The position numbers were made by a program, and so were the translations under genes. From an uncultured bacterium (lineage in GTDB: Bacteria; Abyssobacteria; SURF-5), in NCBI GenBank assembly GCA_964607485.1, contig CAZSKP010000024.1:1-64000 (forward strand): a stretch of 64,000 nucleotides of DNA. The letters run 5' to 3'. Positions 56,501 to 64,000 of the stretch are shown here, piece by piece. Positions within the stretch are counted from its first letter, which is position 1. Each line of letters opens with the position of its first letter. The notes beneath the pieces were generated by a model, which saw only the letters and a program-made list of their open reading frames with translations, searched no databases and was not told the origin of the DNA.

Positions 56501-59500
56501 ATGTGCCCTATATTATGTGGATGCACGGGAAGGGACGGGCATTTGGCCACGGAAAAGAGACGATTCGACTTCACGGTGCTCGTGTGGATGCTCGCGGGTG
56601 TTGTCATGGCAGTGGTCGTCATATCCACCGCGAAGTTCATGCATGTCACAAGGAAGCAGGCGCTGGAGCAACGCGGCCGCAGTCAGCTTATGCAGGCGGA
56701 GCAAGCCGCGGATTCTATAAGCCTGTATATGTCCTCTCTGCTTGGAACATTTGCCGACATGACTATTCTTGCGCATTCATCCGACGAATCCGCCGAATAT
56801 CCTCACGCAACCTTGCAGAAGCTGTATGAACGAGAGGGCGACAAGTTGCTGAACGTGGCAACGCTCGATGGCAATGGTGTCATCACTTCTCGCTATCCTC
56901 CCGACCCGCTTCTCCGCGACGAGGACATAAGCCAAAACAAACATGTGATGAGCGCATTGACCCGGCTCGACTCGACGGCAAGCGGAATCCTCACGACCAC
57001 CACGAGGGCTAAGACCGTTGCGCTCTTCGCGCCCATCTCGAGAAACGGCAGGTTTGACGGCGCAATCGGCGGATTGCTCGACTTCTCCACCATGAGGAAG
57101 CGGTTCCTCGGAAAGCTCGCCCATCAACACGAGTGCGAGGTTTTTCTCCTCGACGAGCGAGGAACTCCCATCATTGAGCTGCCGTCGGAATCCTTTTCCG
57201 GCAAACATGATGGCGGACGGCTCGGAGAGGATACATCGCCTGGGCTACAAAAGATCCTCGGAGAAATGGTTTCGGGCAAGAAGGGCTTCGAGCAGTATGA
57301 ACGGGTGAAAGAGAACGATGGGAAAAAGGTGCGAAAGAAGATGCTCGTCGCGTACGCTCCCGTCCATCTGCCGGGAGAGCGTTGGGCCCTCGGCATAGCC
57401 ATTCCCCGGGACGCCGCGACCGGGTATCTCGTTTACAGTCCCATGACGATCCTCTCGCTTGTCGGCACAAGAATCGTAGCGATCCTGCTCTGCGCGGTTC
57501 TCTTCCATATGCTCAACAAACAACGATTAGCCGCTCGCCATGAGGCCGCAAGGCTTCTGGAGGAGCGAAAACTCCTGGCACAGCTGGAGGAATCGGAAGA
57601 ACGCTACCGGACCCTCGTTGAAAATCACCTCAGCCCGGTCCTCATATTTCAGGATTCCCGCATAAAGTTCGCGAATCAGCTTTTCTACTCGCTTTCCGGC
57701 TACACACCGGAAGAGGTGGCGAGCGAAGATTTCGACATCTTCTGTCTCATCCATGAAGACGATCATCCCATTGCCGCAGAAAACATAGCGAGGTTGATGA
57801 GTGGAGAGGAAATCGATGACCCGCGGGAAGTCAAGTTTGTCAAGAAATCGGGAGAAATCATCAGCGGCCTCGCGTTCTCATCCATCGTTCATTTCGACGG
57901 CAAGCCCGCGGTGGAAACGATAGTGACGGATATAACTCCCCTGAAGGATATGGAGCGCGAGCTCCGGAGCACCAAGGAGAGACTGCAGTACTTGCTCGAT
58001 AACGCTCCCATCATGATTTTCTCTCTCGATACCGAAGGGAACATCTCCTATGCAAACACGGAATGCCTTCGGGTCACCGGCTACAGCTTCGATTGGGTGG
58101 GAAAATCATTTGCGCCCATCGTGCATCCGGACGACCTCGCTCTGGCAATGTCGAAATTCGAAGAGAGCCGTAACGGAGCTCCCAGAAGAGATTATAGATT
58201 GCGTATCAGAACAGCCGCCGGCGAGTCGAGGATGCTCCATATCGTTTCCAACACGATCCAGGACGACGGGCGGTTCGAAGGATCGCTGATCATCGCCCGC
58301 GACATCACCGAAAAGCAGCGACTTCAACAAGCCGTCAAAGAGGCGCGTGACCGTCTCGCCAACATCATTGAGAACGCGGGCGACGCCATAATCACCCTCG
58401 ACACAAGCGGCTGCATGGTTTCATGGAACAGGTCGGCCGAGGCCATGTTCCGTTTCACCGACACTCAGACCATCGGCAAATCCTTTTGTTCGCTCCTGCG
58501 AGCCGAATCCACCAACCTCTTGCAACTGCTCGAGCACGTCGCCGGCGGAGAAACCGTTCGCGACCGTGAAATCGAGCACACACTCGGGAACGGAACTCGA
58601 CTGACCGGCCTCTTCACCTTCTCTCCCATCAGGGACATCACGGGAGAGGTCGTTGGAATCTCCTGCTTCGCCAAGGACATCACGGAGAGGAGAAGGCTCG
58701 AGAAACAGCTCGAGATGGACAAAGAATTCATCGATCGACTCATCGAAAACGCAAACGCTCTCATCGCCGTCATAAATGAAGAAGAGAAAATTGCCGTTTT
58801 CAACAGACGTTTCGAGGAAGTGACCGGATTCAAGAAAGAGGAAGTCCTGGGCAAACATCCCATCGACATGTTCGTTCCGGCGGAATACCGGGAGATGGCC
58901 TACGCGGCCATGAACGGGGTGAAAGAACACGCGCCTGTCGTCGAAACTGAAATCCCCATAATTTCGAAGGAAGGGAAGGTGCTGACGGCCACATGGAGCG
59001 CCTCGGCTGTCAGTCTGATGGCTGGCCACGCCGCCATTGTCTTGGTCGGTCAAGACGTCACCGAGCAGAAACGGATGCACGAGGAATTGCTCCAGTCCAA
59101 GAAGCTCGCTTCCATCGGCGAGCTGGTATCCGGCGTCGCTCATGAACTGAATAATCCTCTCACCGTGGTGATGGGGTATTCCCAATTGCTGACCGCGGAA
59201 CAAAAGCTTTCCGACAAGCACCGGGAAATGGCCCGGAACATTCTCGATGCCGCCACACGCAGCAAGCGAATCGTGGAGAATCTGCTCGCTTTCGCCCGGA
59301 AGAAGAAGATGCAGAAGCACGAGGTGAATATCAACGAGATACTGGAGAACACGCTGTCGCTTCGGGAACACAACCTCATGGTCAACAACGTCAAGATAGT
59401 TCGGAAGTACGATGAAAAGCTTCCGACCGCCTACGCCGACGGGCACCAGCTTCAGCAAGTGTTTCTCAACCTGATTAACAACGCCTTCGACGCCATGTAT

Positions 59501-59791
59501 GAGGCGAATCAGGGAGGAACGCTCGAGGTGAAAACGTATAAGAGGAACGAGGACATTGTGGTGGAAGTCGCCGACGACGGGCCCGGAATACCCGAGTCGG
59601 CGCAAGATAAGATATTCGACCCCTTCTTCACCACCAAGGAGGTGGGAAAGGGAACGGGCCTTGGCATGAGCCTGACCTATGGAATCCTGAAGGAGCACGG
59701 AGGCAGGATTTACCTTGACAGGACCTACCGAAAGGGAGCCAAGTTCATCATCGAGCTGCCCCTGACGCACGCGCCCACCACGGCCGCCTGA
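56501..59791 (+). CDS. membrane sensor histidine kinase (Cache domain, four PAS domains, NtrB-like kinase core)
   Basis: Two TM helices, repeated PAS/PAC (DITE), [19 protein letters not shown] and [14 protein letters not shown]; true start may be about 56543. Confidence 0.9.
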   Translation: MCPILCGCTGRDGHLATEKRRFDFTVLVWMLAGVVMAVVVISTAKFMHVTRKQALEQRGRSQLMQAEQAADSISLYMSSLLGTFADMTILAHSSDESAEYPHATLQKLYEREGDKLLNVATLDGNGVITSRYPPDPLLRDEDISQNKHVMSALTRLDSTASGILTTTTRAKTVALFAPISRNGRFDGAIGGLLDFSTMRKRFLGKLAHQHECEVFLLDERGTPIIELPSESFSGKHDGGRLGEDTSPGLQKILGEMVSGKKGFEQYERVKENDGKKVRKKMLVAYAPVHLPGERWALGIAIPRDAATGYLVYSPMTILSLVGTRIVAILLCAVLFHMLNKQRLAARHEAARLLEERKLLAQLEESEERYRTLVENHLSPVLIFQDSRIKFANQLFYSLSGYTPEEVASEDFDIFCLIHEDDHPIAAENIARLMSGEEIDDPREVKFVKKSGEIISGLAFSSIVHFDGKPAVETIVTDITPLKDMERELRSTKERLQYLLDNAPIMIFSLDTEGNISYANTECLRVTGYSFDWVGKSFAPIVHPDDLALAMSKFEESRNGAPRRDYRLRIRTAAGESRMLHIVSNTIQDDGRFEGSLIIARDITEKQRLQQAVKEARDRLANIIENAGDAIITLDTSGCMVSWNRSAEAMFRFTDTQTIGKSFCSLLRAESTNLLQLLEHVAGGETVRDREIEHTLGNGTRLTGLFTFSPIRDITGEVVGISCFAKDITERRRLEKQLEMDKEFIDRLIENANALIAVINEEEKIAVFNRRFEEVTGFKKEEVLGKHPIDMFVPAEYREMAYAAMNGVKEHAPVVETEIPIISKEGKVLTATWSASAVSLMAGHAAIVLVGQDVTEQKRMHEELLQSKKLASIGELVSGVAHELNNPLTVVMGYSQLLTAEQKLSDKHREMARNILDAATRSKRIVENLLAFARKKKMQKHEVNINEILENTLSLREHNLMVNNVKIVRKYDEKLPTAYADGHQLQQVFLNLINNAFDAMYEANQGGTLEVKTYKRNEDIVVEVADDGPGIPESAQDKIFDPFFTTKEVGKGTGLGMSLTYGILKEHGGRIYLDRTYRKGAKFIIELPLTHAPTTAA

Positions 59792-59796
59792 ACCCT

Positions 59797-60789
59797 CTAT
59801 ATCCGCAGTTCGACAATGTCGCCGTCGGCGAGAACGTAATCCGACGACACGTACTGGCCGTCAAACGAGGCGCTGCCCCACACCTTCCCTTGCTTCAGCT
59901 TCTCGGCGAAATCCTTATGCACAACGCCCGCAAAGTCCAACAGCGTACTGCCCGCCTTGAGCGTGAACGGCGTATCTTTCCTCAACGACCTGCCGGGAGC
60001 CTTCGAGTACACGCGAATGATTTCGAGCCGCCTGAATATCTCCGCCCTCAATTGCTCCAGGTTCTGGCCGCTCGCCCCTGAGGCGGCAATGAGCGGAATA
60101 TCGCCCTCCCATAATTCCCTCATCAGCGACAGGGTGACGCCGTCTTCGTCGCGGTCGCTCTTGTTTGCCACCACGAGCGCCTTCTTCACGCTCCAGCCGA
60201 ATTCGAGTCCCTCGGCGGAGCCGCTGCCGGAAAGCCGTATCTTCACCTTTTCCAGCAGCCCCAGCGTCGTGGTCAGTTGTTCGAGCGGGTCCTTCGCCGA
60301 CAGGTCGACGACGACGAGCGCGAGGTCGGCGTTGCGCACGTTGTCGCCCGTGGCCGCCGGTTCGAAATGTTCGGGCGATAGGGCGGGCAGCTCCACGAGC
60401 TGAATCAGCACGTCCTCGAAAGGCATCATCGCGGGAACGGGCAGGCGCGTCGTGAACGGATAGGGGGCAACCTCGGGCCGCGCGTTCGTAAGCGAGCAGA
60501 TGAGCTGCGATTTACCAGTGTTGGGCGGGCCGACCAGCACGACCTTGCCCGCACCTTCGCGCTTCACCACGAGCGAAACGCCCCCGCGTTTGCGCGAACG
60601 CTCGCGCTCCATCCGCTCCTTGAGCTGGGCGATGCGGCGCTTGATGTCGCCCTGCATCTTCTCTGTGCCCTTGTGCTTCGGGATGGTGCTTAACATCCGC
60701 TCGAGGCACTCCATCCGCTCCGTCGATGTCTTGGCCTCCTTGTAAGCCTTCTCGGCTTCCATATATTCGGGCGTCAGATTCGCCGGCAT
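59797..60789 (-). CDS. DRG/OBG-like GTP-binding protein with TGS domain
   Basis: MPANLTPEY...PKHKGTEK, GPPNTGKS, YPFTT, NKSD and TGS IIRVYSK...LADGDIVEL. Confidence 0.88.
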   Translation of the reverse strand: MPANLTPEYMEAEKAYKEAKTSTERMECLERMLSTIPKHKGTEKMQGDIKRRIAQLKERMERERSRKRGGVSLVVKREGAGKVVLVGPPNTGKSQLICSLTNARPEVAPYPFTTRLPVPAMMPFEDVLIQLVELPALSPEHFEPAATGDNVRNADLALVVVDLSAKDPLEQLTTTLGLLEKVKIRLSGSGSAEGLEFGWSVKKALVVANKSDRDEDGVTLSLMRELWEGDIPLIAASGASGQNLEQLRAEIFRRLEIIRVYSKAPGRSLRKDTPFTLKAGSTLLDFAGVVHKDFAEKLKQGKVWGSASFDGQYVSSDYVLADGDIVELRI

Positions 60790-60966
60790 CTCTCATCCGC
60801 TCCCTGCAACGATCTACCCGCATAATTCTACCACATCTGAGGTCTCATTTGTGTCAGCCCGTCAGGGTATGATAGAGTATTCGCCGTCCCCAGCTTCTTG
60901 CCCGCGTTTTCCTACGACACTCATTGTCTGTGATGTGGCAGCGAATTCTGCCTGAGGAGGCGGCCC

Positions 60967-62379
60967 ATGAGCGATATCGAACTTTGCTACCTGAGCGCGA
61001 GAAAACTGGCTTCGGCCTATCGGCGCGGAAAACTCTCGCCCGTCGAGGTGGTCGATGCGATTCTCGCTCGAATCGAAAAACTGAATCCGAAGCTGAACGC
61101 CTTCTGTCTCCTCCTGCCCGAGGAGGCGCGCAGGGAGGCAAAAAAGGCGGAGGCCGCGTTTCGTCGGAAGAAGAAGGTCGGTCCGCTGCACGGAATCCCC
61201 GTCTCGATAAAAGACCTGATATTCACGAAGGGAATCCGCACCACGGGCGGCTCGAAGATGCTCGAGCAATTTGTTCCCGATGAGGATGAAACCTCCGTGG
61301 CGCGGCTCCGGGCGGCAGGCGCCATCATCGTGGGCAAGACGAACACGCCGGAGTTCGGCCATAAGGGCGTTACCGACAACCCTCTGTTCGGTATCACGCG
61401 AAACCCGTGGAACCTTGACACGACAGCCGGCGGCTCGAGCGGCGGCGCGGCGGCGGCCGTCGCGGCGGGGCTCTGTCCGCTCGCACTGGGCAACGACGGC
61501 GGCGGCTCGGTACGCATCCCGAGCTCGCTCTGCGGAATCTTTGGACTCAAGCCGTCTTTCGGCCGCATTCCGCGGTATCCCGCTTTTCTCGGCTGGGAAA
61601 CGTTGTCCCACACCGGCCCGATGACGAGGACCGTCGCCGATGCCGCGCTCATGATGGACGTGGTCGCCGGCCCCGACGACGGCGACAGATACTCGCTCCC
61701 GCCGAATAGCGGCACCTATTCCGGCGCTCTTCGGGGAAGCCTGAAGGGGACGCGGGTCGCGTGGAGCGCGGACCTGGGCTATGCGACCGTCGAGCCCGAA
61801 GTTCTCGAAATCACTTCCGAGGCCGCAAAAGCATTCCGAAAAGCGAGGTGCAAGGTGGAAGAATTGAATCCCGGCCTCGACTGTCCGGAAGAAGATTTTT
61901 CCACAATGGTCATGTGCGAATATCAGGCCGCGCTGGGCGAGTATCTGGATGAGTGGCGAGACAAGATGGACCCCTCGCTCGCGATCCTCATCGAGTTGGG
62001 AAAAGGGTTCTCCGCGAAGGACTATGTTCGGGCCACGTTCCGCCGACAGGACTTCCACGTGATGGTTCAGAAGATTTTCGAGAGATACGATTTCCTGCTG
62101 ACGCCCACGATAGCCGTGCCCGCTTTCGGGGTCGGCAAGGTTGCGCCCGACGAGGTCGCAGGAAAGCGACTGTCGCCGCTCGCATGGATGCCGTTTACCT
62201 ATCCGTTCAATATGACCGGCCAGCCGGCGGCCTCGGTTCCGTGCGGATTCACTAGGGAAGGCCTGCCCGTGGGTCTTCAGATCGTGGGACGCAGGCACGA
62301 CGATGCAGGCGTGCTCCGTATGGCCGCCGCTTTTGAGAAACTGCGGCCCTGGACAGACGCGAGGCCGCCCGTGGATTAA
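60967..62379 (+). CDS. amidase signature family protein
   Basis: GIPVSIKD, GKTNTPEFG, GGSSGGAAAAVAAG and DGGGSVRIP. Confidence 0.93.
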   Translation: MSDIELCYLSARKLASAYRRGKLSPVEVVDAILARIEKLNPKLNAFCLLLPEEARREAKKAEAAFRRKKKVGPLHGIPVSIKDLIFTKGIRTTGGSKMLEQFVPDEDETSVARLRAAGAIIVGKTNTPEFGHKGVTDNPLFGITRNPWNLDTTAGGSSGGAAAAVAAGLCPLALGNDGGGSVRIPSSLCGIFGLKPSFGRIPRYPAFLGWETLSHTGPMTRTVADAALMMDVVAGPDDGDRYSLPPNSGTYSGALRGSLKGTRVAWSADLGYATVEPEVLEITSEAAKAFRKARCKVEELNPGLDCPEEDFSTMVMCEYQAALGEYLDEWRDKMDPSLAILIELGKGFSAKDYVRATFRRQDFHVMVQKIFERYDFLLTPTIAVPAFGVGKVAPDEVAGKRLSPLAWMPFTYPFNMTGQPAASVPCGFTREGLPVGLQIVGRRHDDAGVLRMAAAFEKLRPWTDARPPVD

Positions 62380-62393
62380 GAAAAGGATATCCA

Positions 62394-63584
62394 ATGGAGC
62401 AAAAAGGTAAGCTTCTCAGACCGAACCAGCCGATAGGAAGCGGCCGCGTGCGCGAGTACCGGCTCGGCCGTCGTCGCCGCTTGTTTCAGATAACGACATT
62501 CTGTCCCGACATAATCGGGCCGGGCCCCACTCACCTCTACCTCATCGAGGATGAGGCGCTGATTCTGGTGGATACGGGCATGCCGACCGATATGGCGAAA
62601 AACCTGTTCTATTACTGGCGAAACCAGCGCATACCGAAGGAAGTCGAGGTCCTGCCCGACGATTACAGCGAGCAGGAGCTTCTGAGCGCCATCAAGGTCA
62701 CGGGACACGACGTCAAGGAAATAGATTTTCTGGTCATCACCCACGGCCATCCCGACCATTACCTGTTGGGCGGGAAGCTCGTGGAGATGTCCGGCGCCAA
62801 GGTGGCCGCGCACGTGTCGGACTCGGACCACATATGCAACCCGTGGGGAATGGTGAAGATGTGGGTCGAACGAAGGCCGATGCTCATGGCGATGGGGATG
62901 CCGCCGCCCAAGCCGGGCGGGCGCCCGCGGGCCACCGTAAATCCCGAGACGGCCGACCTCTCGCTCCGCATCGACTGTCCCATCGCGTTCGACGGGCGGC
63001 TCAGCCTCGATGGGTTCGAAAGGGACTCGCTCTGTGTGCGCCATTTTCCCGGCCACTCACCCGGCGGCATCGGCATCCTGGCCTACGACGATAAGGGCAA
63101 AGAGGCGATGATGCTCTGCGGCGACACGCTTCTCTATCCCATAACGCCCCATCCCGACGACCTCGTCGCATATCTACGGACGTTGAAGAGCATGAAGGAA
63201 TTGAAGGACGTCACCCTCGTGTTGCCCGCTCATGGCAAGGCGATGTCGAAACTGTCTCAGAGGCTCGAATTTCTGGAGAAGCATCACGAGCACAGGCTGC
63301 GACTCACGTACGAATCGTGCAAGCGTCCCCGGAGCATATGGCAGATAGCGACGATGCGCCGCTATTTCGACGTGTTTGTCGATCCCGCAAAGTTCAACCC
63401 GCTGGCGGGACAGGAGGCGTTTGTTCACGTCGAGCTGCTGCAGTTGGCCGGCGGGCTGCACAGGTCGCACGTGGACGGGATCGTCCATTACTTCCGCAAT
63501 TCCGGCGAACGATTTGAAGACGTGTATGATCGCGTCCGGAGCATCATAGACGATGAAAACATCACGATGCTGATGAGACGCTGA
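62394..63584 (+). CDS. metallo-beta-lactamase-fold hydrolase
   Basis: LVDTG, THGHPDH, PGHSPG, GDTL and PAHG. Confidence 0.85.
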   Translation: MEQKGKLLRPNQPIGSGRVREYRLGRRRRLFQITTFCPDIIGPGPTHLYLIEDEALILVDTGMPTDMAKNLFYYWRNQRIPKEVEVLPDDYSEQELLSAIKVTGHDVKEIDFLVITHGHPDHYLLGGKLVEMSGAKVAAHVSDSDHICNPWGMVKMWVERRPMLMAMGMPPPKPGGRPRATVNPETADLSLRIDCPIAFDGRLSLDGFERDSLCVRHFPGHSPGGIGILAYDDKGKEAMMLCGDTLLYPITPHPDDLVAYLRTLKSMKELKDVTLVLPAHGKAMSKLSQRLEFLEKHHEHRLRLTYESCKRPRSIWQIATMRRYFDVFVDPAKFNPLAGQEAFVHVELLQLAGGLHRSHVDGIVHYFRNSGERFEDVYDRVRSIIDDENITMLMRR

Positions 63585-63628
63585 TACTGTTTCCACGGAA
63601 AATTGTTTGAATCAGGAAGGAGCTGTTC

Positions 63629-64000
63629 ATGAAGCTTAGTGACAAAGTTGCGGTCGTGACGGGTGCGGCCTCGGGCATCGGCAGGGCGATAGCGCTCGCG
63701 TTCGCGAAGGAGGGCGCCAAGGTAGTCGTAGCCGACATCAACGTTGGGGGCGGGGAGGAGACCGTTCGCCTGATTGAAGACCTCAAGGGCACGGCGCTAT
63801 TCGTCGAGACCGACGTCGCCGAGTCGGAACCGGTCCGCAACCTTGTAGAGAAAACGGTCGAACGTTTCGGCACGTTGGACATCATGGTGAACAATGCAGG
63901 CATCGAGGTGTTCCAACGTCTGGCCGACACCGACGAGCAGACGTGGGACCGCGTGATTTCAATAAACCTGCGGGGTGTCTTCCTCGGGACGAAGTACGCC
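63629..64000 (+). CDS. short-chain dehydrogenase/reductase (3' truncated)
   Basis: MKLSDKVAVVTGAASGIGRA...LDIMVNNAG; AGGAAGGAG SD. Confidence 0.9.
   Translation, partial: MKLSDKVAVVTGAASGIGRAIALAFAKEGAKVVVADINVGGGEETVRLIEDLKGTALFVETDVAESEPVRNLVEKTVERFGTLDIMVNNAGIEVFQRLADTDEQTWDRVISINLRGVFLGTKYA

Overview
Bacterial chromosomal window, GC roughly 55-62% by eye, from an anaerobe-like genome. It is mostly housekeeping and metabolic genes: an HdrA-MvhD fusion tail, gltA, Mo/W oxidoreductases, leuD-leuB-asd...truA, a peptide ABC transporter, comEC, sppA, a sigma-70-family factor, apt, rplU-rpmA-obgE-proB-proA and four tRNAs. The standout is a complete 8,834-bp element integrated in tRNA-Arg(CCT), with a 48-bp attL/attR repeat at 34899-34946 and 43733-43780. 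All of its genes are on the minus strand: tyrosine integrase, three HTH proteins, an O-like replication initiator with internal iteron-like repeats, a Zn-finger protein, an HK97-type major capsid protein, a probable decoration protein and a short tail tape-measure protein. It has no recognisable terminase, portal, protease, tail tube or lysis gene. It also carries a C4/CI-like structured RNA leader upstream of xis-int. This looks like a candidate new type of phage satellite that supplies a capsid and a tape measure only. All product calls come from motifs recognised by eye; no database searches were run.
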